Positions 18,877-27,243 of a stretch of 64,000 nt of DNA are shown piece after piece. The position numbers were made by a program, and so were the translations under genes. The notes under the pieces were generated by a model. The model was not told the DNA's origin and searched no databases. It saw only the letters and a list, made by a program, of their open reading frames with translations. Where the stretch lies: the NCBI GenBank assembly GCA_965217585.1, contig OZ244561.1:6208001-6272000 (forward strand), written 5' to 3'. Each line of letters starts with the position of its first letter. Positions within the stretch are counted from its first letter, which is position 1. Source of the stretch: Candidatus Latescibacterota bacterium (GTDB lineage: Bacteria > Latescibacterota > UBA2968 > UBA8231).

Positions 18877-19395
18877 CTATAAGCCGATGTGAAGAAAGGC
18901 CCTCCGGGTAGCGGGCGTGATGGTTTGCCAACGCTTCGAGCCTTGATAGCGGTAAATACCGATTTCGCGTTTCGAAAGCGGGCGAGCGGCGAAGCGCGGC
19001 AGGATTATTGCCAAATGACCTGCCTGCGCAATCATGGGATAGGTGCGATCTGACTCGCTCTGCTGTGATCCGCTTGGATGGACATGAATGTCGGCCACGA
19101 CAGATAGCCCTCTCTCTTTACAAATTGCCCAGAGCGTCCCGAAGTATCGCCCGTCGAAGCGGACTATGCCGGTATCAAGGCAATGCGGATCGAGATCATC
19201 GTACAGGACGAAATCGGTAATACGGGCACGTTTGCCCTTGTAATGCCCAAGCAGAAAAGCTCCACTTTCCCTAGACTTGCCGTGACCGCGTTCCCGTAAG
19301 CAGATCAGCAAACGACGCCAGAGAAACCAGGAACAGGACAACTCATGTCGCGGTGCAAGAAGGCGGCGTATAGTCTCCGCTATGGAGAAGTTCAT
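18877..19395 (-). CDS. bilC: JAB/JAMM metallo-deubiquitinase of a Bil system
   Basis: RESGAFLLG (catalytic E) and [16 protein letters not shown] (HxH...SxxD). GGAG RBS before ATG 19395. Confidence 0.88.
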   Translation of the reverse strand: MNFSIAETIRRLLAPRHELSCSWFLWRRLLICLRERGHGKSRESGAFLLGHYKGKRARITDFVLYDDLDPHCLDTGIVRFDGRYFGTLWAICKERGLSVVADIHVHPSGSQQSESDRTYPMIAQAGHLAIILPRFAARPLSKREIGIYRYQGSKRWQTITPATRRAFLHIGL

Positions 19396-19816
19396 GGACG
19401 ATCTCCAAGTATTGAACAATTCCTTCTACTGGCCGCCATATTTTTGACGGCATCTCGGTTCGCCAATTTTCATGCCCAGCAAAGCTTTCACGGTCACAAG
19501 GTAGATACAGAGCAGAGCCATTTTTCCAGTCGGTGCGAAAAACCGCTGAGACACGACCTCCTTGGCCTTGTGGCCAGAGATTGAATTCCAAGATAGTATC
19601 TTGCCCAGGATCCCATGGGCCGCCTGTAGGCGGAGCTTGCGGATATCCCTGGCAATTGAAGCGCATAACGTATTGACGCTCATCCTTCGCGGGCACGGAG
19701 ATCTGGACAAAGGGCCAGTCGATGCGAATCAAGCGCCAGCGTCCTTCTACTTGCCCGAGGCGGAACGCAGCCTTGGCCACGTCCGCCTCGAATGCTCGCT
19801 GGTCAGGAGCGCTCAA
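19343..19816 (-). CDS. bilB: E2-like ubiquitin-conjugating enzyme of a Bil system
   Basis: GYPQAPP proline motif of the UBC fold and candidate catalytic Cys107 in LYLPCDR. TTGA overlap with bilA. Confidence 0.82.
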   Translation of the reverse strand: MSAPDQRAFEADVAKAAFRLGQVEGRWRLIRIDWPFVQISVPAKDERQYVMRFNCQGYPQAPPTGGPWDPGQDTILEFNLWPQGQGGRVSAVFRTDWKNGSALYLPCDRESFAGHENWRTEMPSKIWRPVEGIVQYLEIVHELLHSGDYTPPSCTAT

Positions 19817-20322
19817 GCTACGCTCCCGGTCGAGCCGTTCACCCTCTCGTCGGGGGCTAGGTCAAATGCTTGGCTGCAAGCGGGGCAATCCACCAGTGTG
19901 CCAATATGCGTCCCTGGAGTCGGCCTTTCGTGAGTACCGACCATTTGCAAAGCATACTCACCGGCGTCTTTTGGCTCCATGCCGAATTCCTTTTCGGCTG
20001 CCCAGCACTTGACACGGGCTATGGTCGCGCTTGGCCCGAAGTTGCGCTCGACGGTACGACCATTGAAGGTCACGCTGACTTTGACGAGACAACAGCGATG
20101 CAGGTGGATCTTTATATCCGTCCCCTTAACGCAATCGCTCACCTTCTCGTCTTCGTCGAGTGGATCGTCTTTGTCTTCCAAGAAGATGCACACATCGGCG
20201 GCGAGGCAATGCTTGTCGATCAGCTTGGTTTTGACAGTTGCGAATGTGGCGTCATCCTCAACTTCGACATGCTGTATCTCGCGGGATCCTTCACACTGAT
20301 AAAACAGATCGAGTGTAGCCAT
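19813..20322 (-). CDS. bilA: Tandem (ISG15-like) ubiquitin-like protein of a Bil system
   Basis: Two predicted beta-grasp units (second begins [26 protein letters not shown]). C-terminal RVNG followed by a 6-residue tail (STGSVA). AGGAGG RBS. Confidence 0.82.
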   Translation of the reverse strand: MATLDLFYQCEGSREIQHVEVEDDATFATVKTKLIDKHCLAADVCIFLEDKDDPLDEDEKVSDCVKGTDIKIHLHRCCLVKVSVTFNGRTVERNFGPSATIARVKCWAAEKEFGMEPKDAGEYALQMVGTHERPTPGTHIGTLVDCPACSQAFDLAPDERVNGSTGSVA

Positions 20323-20381
20323 AATACGATCCTCCTAGGCTAGAGCGAAGCTCCATTGCCCGTCTCTGCCCTTCACTCTAT

Positions 20382-20411
20382 TAATCGGGTAGGAGGGTAG
20401 AAAGCGGAAAG
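20382..20411 (-). promoter_or_regulatory. Putative alternative-sigma promoter of bilABCD (TTTCCG-N17-CGATTA)
   Basis: Minus strand reads CTTTCCGCTTTC-TACCCTCCTACC-CGATTA. The same elements with the same spacing occur at 25358-25387. Confidence 0.65.
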
Positions 20412-20429
20412 TCGAGGTAGAAAAACTTT

Positions 20430-23400
20430 TTATGGGAGAGTCAGTGGCCCACGCGGCGTAGCAGCACAGACGAAAAAGTGCGGGCATCGCGGGCATGTTA
20501 CTTCGTTGATATTAGGTGGGAATTGCCCCTTCGCAATCTCTCTCAACATCTCGTCACTTCTATCTCGTCGTTTGTTGAGCTTATTCGACGAGATCAGTAC
20601 GTCATCGACCATCTCATCCATAAGATGCAGTGCTTGGACCATCGCACGAGTACCGAAATGGGCCTGACCAGCCAATCGATAAAGAGTGTAGTCGAGGCGA
20701 TCATATTCATCTGTGCGCTTGCGTCCTGTTCGGATCTTGCGTAGTGAGATCTTTCCGTCCGGCATATCAGCTATTTCGTCCGGCTCCACGACCACGCGAC
20801 CATTTGGAAAATCTACTGCTAACGGCTCAACCTCACGGGAACGCCGTTCAGTGCTGGCCCTGATTAGGGCCCCAACTAGTTGCAAAGCAAGGCGGCGGTG
20901 TTCGTCAGCGGAATTATGGTCGACAGGCCCATGTTTACGCCAAATTGTATCGAAGGCGGCTTCAGCCTCGGAGAGCGTCGGCTCAACTTCGCGTCGGCGC
21001 TCGGACACCCATTGGATGAGTTTGTAGAGGCAGTTATGGGTTTGAGAATAGGCAGTCGCTTTATGGATACCACCAAGCCCCAACATATGGGTGTAAAAGA
21101 AACGGCGAGGGCATTTCTCATAGGAGATGAGTGTACTATCTGTGACGTGCCATTCGGTGGATTGCGTTACTTGGATAGGCATCGGGCTCTGCATGTGGGC
21201 TGGTCTCGGTAAGACCACTGGATGGGCAATTTTGTCGATTGTCCTCTCTGGTAGCCAATCTAGAAAACGGGACGGAGATCGATTTCTGCCGTTGGAGCTT
21301 CGACGCGCCAAGTGGAGGCACAGATGGGTTTGCGCTCGAGAGAGCGCAACGAAAAACAGGCATTCCTCCTCGTGTTCGTGATTCCGCTTGGCTTCTTCCG
21401 AGACCGAAAAGCCCTCTGATCCCTCAGTCATGCCGATGGGCGGTGGGCATCGTACTCCACGGTACGAAGAGGGGAAGCTCGAAACCGTCAGGCCGGGTAC
21501 ATGGACTGCTTCAAACTCTAGCCCCTTACTACCATGAACAGTCATCAGCCGCACTGCATCTAGGTGGAGTGCGGCTGATGGCACTTGGCGCAAATCCCGC
21601 TCTTCGGCGAGTAGTACGAGCCGTCGGATACGATCCAGCATCCGCTGAATCGGCAAACCTGTGCCGGTCGGAGGCCTCTCGCGGACGAAGTTAAGGAATT
21701 GCCAAATCGCGACGCTCCGAATGTAGTCGGTGGTTGTCGTGGCTTGGGCCATCTCCCGCACAAGGCTAGTGCGATCAAGCAGATACGTTGAGATAAACTC
21801 CCATGCGGACACGCTTGATGAGAGCCCCGACAGATCCTGCGCGAGGCGAGCAAGTGCTGATGAGCCATCAGGCGAGATACCTTGAGCCTCAGCGAGCGTC
21901 TCTAGACCCGAAAGGGCCGGCTGATTGCTATCTCGCAGATGGTGCACTGCGGTATAGACATCTTGCATCGAAAGACCATAGCGAGGCATTGCTCCGACCC
22001 GCGCAAGGCCATTACCAAACGGATCAACCGCGAGGCTTAGAAGTGCTAGTAAATCACGCACTTCCTCGCGTTCGAACAAGCTGCCAAGATGCAAAACAGG
22101 AATGCCGTATGCCTCGAGGGCTGCGGCGATTTCATTCAGACGACGATTTGAGCGACAGAGCACGGCCTGATCACGGAGAGGAACGCCCGCGCATTCGAGG
22201 TCTCGGATGCTTCCGGCGATACCTCCGCCTTCGTCGTCGGGGGTGTCGTAGTACCGGACTTCCGGTTTTCCGAGACCAGAACCTCGGTCAGCGGCAAGGC
22301 CGAGTGGCAACATGCTCTCGGATGCACCCATCCGGGGAGCAACACTGACGAAACTGGCGACGATCTGCTCTGTCGATCTGTAGTTGATGGCGAGTTGGTC
22401 AATCACTGCACCTGGATAGTCGTCGCAAAAACGAGCCATATTGGTAGGGGACGCTCCGCGGAATCGGTAAATGGACTGGCGTGAGTCACCGACTACCCAC
22501 AAGCGTTTGCCATCTCCAGCGACCGCTTTTAACAAGCGTGCGCTCGCCCGGTTTACGTCCTGATATTCGTCGACGAGAAGATGGCGATGCCGTAGTTGAA
22601 TAGCCTGCTTGAGTGCTGGATCGGACTCTAGGAGCAATGCGGGCTGCATGATAAGGTCGCCAAAATCGACGGCACCCTGATCGCGCTTGGCTTGTTCGTA
22701 TAGATCATAGATGTCGGCAATCTCCAAGCACTTCTCGGCTGCCTTGTGAGCCTCATCGTCGTCTGCGGTCGTTTGCATAGCCTCGGCGAGCTTTCGATAG
22801 CGGATTCGGTCAACAAGTTCATCCTTAGCCCGCGAGATGGCAGGGATCACGTCTCGCAACACCATCGTCGGATCCCAGAAGTTGCGATAGTGGACAAGGG
22901 GCAGCGTCGGAAGGCTATCCTCAAGCACATCGATCGCATCACTACGGTCGAACAAGACTGGATTGGACGGTAGACCGAGGCGGTCATAGTGGCGCCGTAT
23001 AAGATCGAGGCCGAAAGCATGGAACGTCCCGATCCAAATACGTGCAGCGGCTTCTGGCACTATGGCCACCAGTCGCTCCAATAACTCACCGGCAGCCCGG
23101 TTCGAGAAGGTAAGGACGAGCAAAGAAGCTGGGTCAACGCCTTCTGCCAAGAGCGATTCAACGCGTTTTACCAGTGTCCGTGTTTTTCCGGTTCCCGGCC
23201 CAGCCTGAAGAAGGAATGGGGCGTCGCGATGTGTGGAAGCCCGGTCTTGCGACTGGTCCGGACTCGGTGTATAAGACGAAGCCATCGCCGGAGCTACTTC
23301 CTCCACCATCGGAAGTAGAAGGGCATCAAATATCTGCTGTCGGACGAGCGCCTTTGGCAAGTTCATGTGCGAGGCGATAGCTGAAGCGGTCATGGCCTTA

Positions 23401-23855
23401 GCTATGTAGAGCCGACGTGCAAAGCTCCGGGGTAGCAGAAATTCCCGAGCGAAAACATTGGCCTGTAGTTCACGCCGTTCCCGAGTGCCATAGTCCTCGA
23501 CACGCTGCAACCCAACGGGTACTACCTCAGTTGAACGGGATAGATCGATGTCATCCTTCGTACAAGCCGTCGAATCAGCGTGGATGTGTGCATGTCCAAG
23601 TTCGTGAGCCACAAGTAATGTACGGTCAATGATATCCCCGGCCATTTCACAGCAGATCGTACCGCTCTGTTCGTCGAACACCGCCCGGGCATTTTTTAGA
23701 GCAGGATCGCCCGGCGCAAGATAGACGAGTTCAAGGTCAAGGTGAGCCACAGCGGCCGTAATAAGTGCCGTAGTATCCACAGGATCAGTCCCCGCCTCGA
23801 TAATCTTATCGCGCAGATGCGCTGCGGACTTTCGGATTGGCTTGAAGGCTTCCAT
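20430..23855 (-). CDS. ImmA/IrrE metallopeptidase-UvrD/PcrA SF1 helicase-PD-(D/E)XK-like fusion protein
   Basis: AHELGH plus ELQANVFAREFLLP (IrrE_N). Helicase motifs AGPGTGKT, TFHAFG, VDEYQD, VGDSRQSIYRFRGA, NYRS, MTVHGSKGLEF and FVALSRA. C-terminal YEKCPRRFFY...CPRCPHFFVC is an AddB/Cas4-like 4-Cys pattern. Confidence 0.88.
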   Translation of the reverse strand: MEAFKPIRKSAAHLRDKIIEAGTDPVDTTALITAAVAHLDLELVYLAPGDPALKNARAVFDEQSGTICCEMAGDIIDRTLLVAHELGHAHIHADSTACTKDDIDLSRSTEVVPVGLQRVEDYGTRERRELQANVFAREFLLPRSFARRLYIAKAMTASAIASHMNLPKALVRQQIFDALLLPMVEEVAPAMASSYTPSPDQSQDRASTHRDAPFLLQAGPGTGKTRTLVKRVESLLAEGVDPASLLVLTFSNRAAGELLERLVAIVPEAAARIWIGTFHAFGLDLIRRHYDRLGLPSNPVLFDRSDAIDVLEDSLPTLPLVHYRNFWDPTMVLRDVIPAISRAKDELVDRIRYRKLAEAMQTTADDDEAHKAAEKCLEIADIYDLYEQAKRDQGAVDFGDLIMQPALLLESDPALKQAIQLRHRHLLVDEYQDVNRASARLLKAVAGDGKRLWVVGDSRQSIYRFRGASPTNMARFCDDYPGAVIDQLAINYRSTEQIVASFVSVAPRMGASESMLPLGLAADRGSGLGKPEVRYYDTPDDEGGGIAGSIRDLECAGVPLRDQAVLCRSNRRLNEIAAALEAYGIPVLHLGSLFEREEVRDLLALLSLAVDPFGNGLARVGAMPRYGLSMQDVYTAVHHLRDSNQPALSGLETLAEAQGISPDGSSALARLAQDLSGLSSSVSAWEFISTYLLDRTSLVREMAQATTTTDYIRSVAIWQFLNFVRERPPTGTGLPIQRMLDRIRRLVLLAEERDLRQVPSAALHLDAVRLMTVHGSKGLEFEAVHVPGLTVSSFPSSYRGVRCPPPIGMTEGSEGFSVSEEAKRNHEHEEECLFFVALSRAQTHLCLHLARRSSNGRNRSPSRFLDWLPERTIDKIAHPVVLPRPAHMQSPMPIQVTQSTEWHVTDSTLISYEKCPRRFFYTHMLGLGGIHKATAYSQTHNCLYKLIQWVSERRREVEPTLSEAEAAFDTIWRKHGPVDHNSADEHRRLALQLVGALIRASTERRSREVEPLAVDFPNGRVVVEPDEIADMPDGKISLRKIRTGRKRTDEYDRLDYTLYRLAGQAHFGTRAMVQALHLMDEMVDDVLISSNKLNKRRDRSDEMLREIAKGQFPPNINEVTCPRCPHFFVCAATPRGPLTLP

Positions 23856-23859
23856 CTGT

Positions 23860-24519
23860 TTAGAAACTCAGAAGTTGGTGCTGTTGGTCGTCGCTTAGCC
23901 CCGAACTCTTAACAGCCTCGACGAAGCTTTGTCGTTGGTTGCTGTCAGGCTTGTCGGCGGCCTTGTAAAACTGACGACTAGTATTTGTGCTTGGTGCAGC
24001 AAAGTAGGCAGTTACTAGGCTGATCGGAGTATTGAGCGCATCCGCAAGACACTGTAGAAAACTGCTAGGGATGGTATCCGGTTCAATTTGACGATCTCGC
24101 AGCTTGGCGACGAAAACGGTGTTTGCACCGATCCCGTCTGCTAACGCACGAAACGCTGCACGACTTAGTTCGGCGAAGGGATTGGGAGCATCTGCAACTT
24201 CCGGCGACGGAGCACGGTTGCTGGTCAGCTTGGTTGCTTGACGCACGGCGTGTAGGCGATTGTGGAATCGGCTCATTGCACGCGAGACTACAGGACTCAC
24301 ACGGTTCAGATCAATCTCAGCCTTTGAATCGACTTCAGGCTCGGGTCGAAGGGCATCCATAGCGAGTTCGATGGCAAACTCCGTGAGAGAATCGGCATAC
24401 TTCGGGAAGCGCCTAACGAAATCGTCAAGCAGCTCTGCGTCGGGTACACGCTTCGCTAGCGAAAACTCGTACAGCACATCGCGCAACGGTGCCGCGCTGG
24501 GGGTCAAATTCATGGTCAT
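23860..24519 (-). CDS. Hypothetical protein with an XRE-like HTH; putative anti-sigma or peptidase substrate
   Basis: AFRALADGIGANTVFVAKLRDRQI...LQCLADALNTP resembles an XRE HTH. ATGA overlap with the sigma gene and a 4-nt gap to the peptidase-helicase gene. Confidence 0.6.
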   Translation of the reverse strand: MTMNLTPSAAPLRDVLYEFSLAKRVPDAELLDDFVRRFPKYADSLTEFAIELAMDALRPEPEVDSKAEIDLNRVSPVVSRAMSRFHNRLHAVRQATKLTSNRAPSPEVADAPNPFAELSRAAFRALADGIGANTVFVAKLRDRQIEPDTIPSSFLQCLADALNTPISLVTAYFAAPSTNTSRQFYKAADKPDSNQRQSFVEAVKSSGLSDDQQHQLLSF

Positions 24520-25307
24520 GTCTCCTTTTTTAAGTGTGAAAGTTTCTCTGCTGCTCTTGAGAGACGATTACGAATGGTTCGACCTGAGACATTACATATT
24601 GTCGCTACAGTCACCTCATCAGGATTATTAGATTCGATTTTGTACTCCATGACATGACAGAGGATCACAGCCTTGCGCTCGTCATACGGCAAGGTATCAA
24701 TCGCTTCGTATATCTCTCTTAGCAGGACAGAACTCTCTGCTGTATCCTGACTCCTCAACGCTTCTATAAGTCGGGTGGGGACCTCCTTATGGGGAGGGCT
24801 ATATTCGACGTCATCGGCGTGGTCTGATGGGAACACTAATGGCTTGAGGCGGGCTTTTTCACTTCGCACGAGGTCGGTGTAAAAAGTATAGAACGCCCGG
24901 TTGAAGCGGCATTCAAAATAGTCAAGATCGTCGCGATTTTCTTCCGTGCCATCAGTGGCAAACAACTCGCCAAACTGTCCAAGTACTTCCTCCCGGACAT
25001 CCACAGCAGTCGGGAGTTTGTTGGCCGGGATTTTGGCTAATAAGATTGCTTCACATCGGGTGAGCAAGACAGGAAGCACTGCCTTGAAGACGGCGTCGTT
25101 GCTATTTCGACGTGCGTCCCGGATTAGATGGACCAGACACTCAGAATATACATAATCGGGTGCCTGATGATCGGCAACAGCGAGGTGGCATAGGAGCGTC
25201 GCTGAACTCTGGGCAAGAATCTTATTGATCTGTGCCTCCACTCGATGAGGACGGACATAGAGATTTCCAGTTTTATCGCGTTTGGTCAATGGACAAACCA
25301 TTTTCAT
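24516..25307 (-). CDS. ECF-like sigma-70 family factor
   Basis: Region 4 HTH: AIDTLPYDERKAVIL...VATICNVSGRTIRNRLSRA. Region-2-like segment: DVREEV...RFNRAFYTFYTDLVR. AAGGAGA RBS. Confidence 0.75.
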   Translation of the reverse strand: MKMVCPLTKRDKTGNLYVRPHRVEAQINKILAQSSATLLCHLAVADHQAPDYVYSECLVHLIRDARRNSNDAVFKAVLPVLLTRCEAILLAKIPANKLPTAVDVREEVLGQFGELFATDGTEENRDDLDYFECRFNRAFYTFYTDLVRSEKARLKPLVFPSDHADDVEYSPPHKEVPTRLIEALRSQDTAESSVLLREIYEAIDTLPYDERKAVILCHVMEYKIESNNPDEVTVATICNVSGRTIRNRLSRAAEKLSHLKKET

Positions 25308-25357
25308 TCTCCTTTATATGAAGCGGATACCGGGCATACAGATCCCTTATACTTCTA

Positions 25358-25387
25358 TAATCGTATTAAGTTGGGGAAACCGGAAAG
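25358..25387 (-). promoter_or_regulatory. Putative autoregulated promoter of the sigma operon (TTTCCG-N17-CGATTA)
   Basis: Minus strand reads CTTTCCGGTTTC-CCCAACTTAATA-CGATTA, matching 20382-20411. Confidence 0.65.
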
Positions 25388-25402
25388 ATGCCTAAACTTT
25401 TT

Positions 25403-26224
25403 CTAATTTGCAGTATCGACTGGAGCACCAGCAGCTTGTAAAGGTGCCCTAAGCTGCTGACCTGCCTCCACTTCTGGATACTCCAACCACTGCCGTCCAT
25501 CGAGCGTATTCCCACCCGCTTTAGGAGTGCGCCCACCCCATTGCTTAAAGAAAAAGGCGACGCGCTGGGCCTGACACCGGTCGCGCAATGCCCGCACCCA
25601 TTCTGCTTGCACCGGACGCGCTCCCGGCCCGCTCTCACCCCCGGCGATTACCCAATGAATACCCGCGAAATCCACCGCGCCGATTGGACCGAGCAACGGC
25701 TCGAAGGAAACGAAGCGCACGGAGGCATTGGTCTGTTGCAAGTGCCGGAGGCGCGTCAAAGCCGCGTGGTTTTCGACGGACACGCCGAGCCAGATATGCG
25801 AGGGAGCCGCTTGGCCCCGGCGATGCCCTGAGCTTGCCGAAGCACCAGTCGAAGGGTAGCGCTCTTGGACGAAACGGCGCATCAGTGAACTGCGCTTGGT
25901 AAGCACTTGATAGATATGCCAATCGGCGCGCTCCATGGTGTCGAATACGCGCTCAATGTACTCGGTGGGAATGTCCTTGTGGAAGAGATCGCTCATCGAA
26001 TTGACGAAGATGAGCTGTGAACGCCGCCAGTGCATGGGTTGTTCGAGGCGCTTGGGGCGAAGGGTTAGATCAAAGCCCGACTCGAAAGGGTGTCCCTCGA
26101 CGCCGCGGAAACGCTCAGAAAGGCGCTCGGCATAGCAATGGTCGCAGCCAGCGCTAATCTTCGTGCAGCCGGTGGCTGGGTTCCAAGTGCTGTTAGTCCA
26201 CTCGATAGTGCTTTTGCGAGACAT
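25403..26224 (-). CDS. DUF5131 / phage Gp37-Gp68 family protein (three-Cys, radical-SAM-like)
   Basis: IEWTNSTWNPATGCTKISAGCDHCYA, FVNSMSDLFH, LTKR, SFEPLLG, GGESG and FFFKQWG. Confidence 0.92.
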   Translation of the reverse strand: MSRKSTIEWTNSTWNPATGCTKISAGCDHCYAERLSERFRGVEGHPFESGFDLTLRPKRLEQPMHWRRSQLIFVNSMSDLFHKDIPTEYIERVFDTMERADWHIYQVLTKRSSLMRRFVQERYPSTGASASSGHRRGQAAPSHIWLGVSVENHAALTRLRHLQQTNASVRFVSFEPLLGPIGAVDFAGIHWVIAGGESGPGARPVQAEWVRALRDRCQAQRVAFFFKQWGGRTPKAGGNTLDGRQWLEYPEVEAGQQLRAPLQAAGAPVDTAN

Positions 26225-26263
26225 GAGAGACCTTTACGCAACCAAAAATCATAACTGAACATA

Positions 26264-26291
26264 ATTGTAGTATTTCCCGGTCCAATGTCAA
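26264..26291 (-). promoter_or_regulatory. sigma70-type promoter upstream of DUF5131
   Basis: Minus-strand TTGACA (26286-26291)-N16-TACAAT (26264-26269). Confidence 0.6.
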
Positions 26292-26459
26292 GGTGGCCTT
26301 GGGTACGGGCGACCTGCCGAGGACAGCGACCCCCTCCGCATGCACGATAATCCCGCTATCGAGTTGACAATGCTCAGAGCGTCTATCTTATTGACACATA
26401 AGTACTGAACCGCCGCCTGACGGAAGGCGCAAATTCTTTGTGGGCATTAGGTTATATCC

Positions 26460-26801
26460 ATGCATACTGTAGTGGAATTACCTGAATATTTGCGCCGGGC
26501 AGACCGGTTGCTATCGGAGGATGAGCGCCAAGAGCTGGTCGATTATCTGGCAGAGCATCCCGAAGCGGGTATCATAATGCGCGGCATGGGAGGGATCAGG
26601 AAGCTCCGATGGGCACGCACGGGGATGGGCAAGCGCGGCGGTGTACGGGTTATCTACTACTACCACAACGAGCAGATGCCGCTTTACCTCTTAACATTGT
26701 TCGGCAAAGGAGCGAAAGACGATCTCAACTCCTCTGAGCGTCGTGCGTTGCGCGACTTCGTCCACAACTTGATCGAGACATGGAGAAGGCCCCATGAGTA
26801 G
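26460..26801 (+). CDS. RelE/HigB family toxin
   Basis: PEAGIIMRGMGGIRKLRW...GKRGGVRVIYYY...LLTLFGK. Confidence 0.92.
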   Translation: MHTVVELPEYLRRADRLLSEDERQELVDYLAEHPEAGIIMRGMGGIRKLRWARTGMGKRGGVRVIYYYHNEQMPLYLLTLFGKGAKDDLNSSERRALRDFVHNLIETWRRPHE

Positions 26802-27087
26802 CGTTTTTGAGAGTATCAAACAAGGATTGACTGAAGCGATCGAGCACGCGGCAGGCCAGCCAAGTCAGGCGGTCGTGCATCCTCCAAAGACCACCGATGT
26901 AAAAGCTATTCGGGAGCAAGTCGGTATGACGCAAACGGCCTTTGCGGCCGCATTTGGTATTAGCCTCAGCACCCTGCGGCATTGGGAGCGAGGGGATCGG
27001 ACCCCTAAAGGACCCGCACGGGTGTTGCTACATGTGGCGGCTCGCGAACCCCAGGCGGTTTTGCGAGCTTTGAAGAAAGCGAGTTAA
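26794..27087 (+). CDS. HigA-like XRE antitoxin
   Basis: FESIKQGLTEAI...DVKAIREQVGMTQTAFAAAFGISLSTLRHWERG; 8-nt overlap with the toxin. Confidence 0.92.
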   Translation: MSSVFESIKQGLTEAIEHAAGQPSQAVVHPPKTTDVKAIREQVGMTQTAFAAAFGISLSTLRHWERGDRTPKGPARVLLHVAAREPQAVLRALKKAS

Positions 27088-27099
27088 AGACCGCTCGAC

Positions 27100-27230
27100 A
27101 TGCTTTTTGGCTCTTCTTCGCCCTCTGATTATCGGGATGAATATCCTAAAGTGACGCAAGCAGATTTGGACCGTGCGGTATTCCGCGTTGGACTCAAGCC
27201 TGCGCCACGTAAGCAACGCATCGCCAGAGA
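27100..27230 (+). pseudogene. Truncated BrnA-like antitoxin fragment running into the Uma2 leader
   Basis: YPKVTQADLDRAVFRVGLKPAPRKQRI resembles a BrnA N-terminus, but the RHH part is missing. A shorter piece of the same sequence precedes the first Uma2 copy. Confidence 0.5.
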
Positions 27231-27243
27231 GAGGACGGCAACC

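Noticed and set aside
17496-20322. CBASS Cap2/Cap3, or a ThiF/MoeB sulfur-transfer operon
   Set aside because: No CD-NTase or effector and no thiamine or molybdopterin genes; separate Ubl, E2, JAB and E1 genes in bilABCD order fit Bil.
20430-23855. Housekeeping PcrA/UvrD or AddAB/AdnAB
   Set aside because: N-terminal IrrE peptidase, no partner subunit, degenerate nuclease motif and island context.
25403-26224. Prophage, suggested by the Gp37/Gp68 label
   Set aside because: No structural, terminase or integrase genes nearby; this family is common outside phages.
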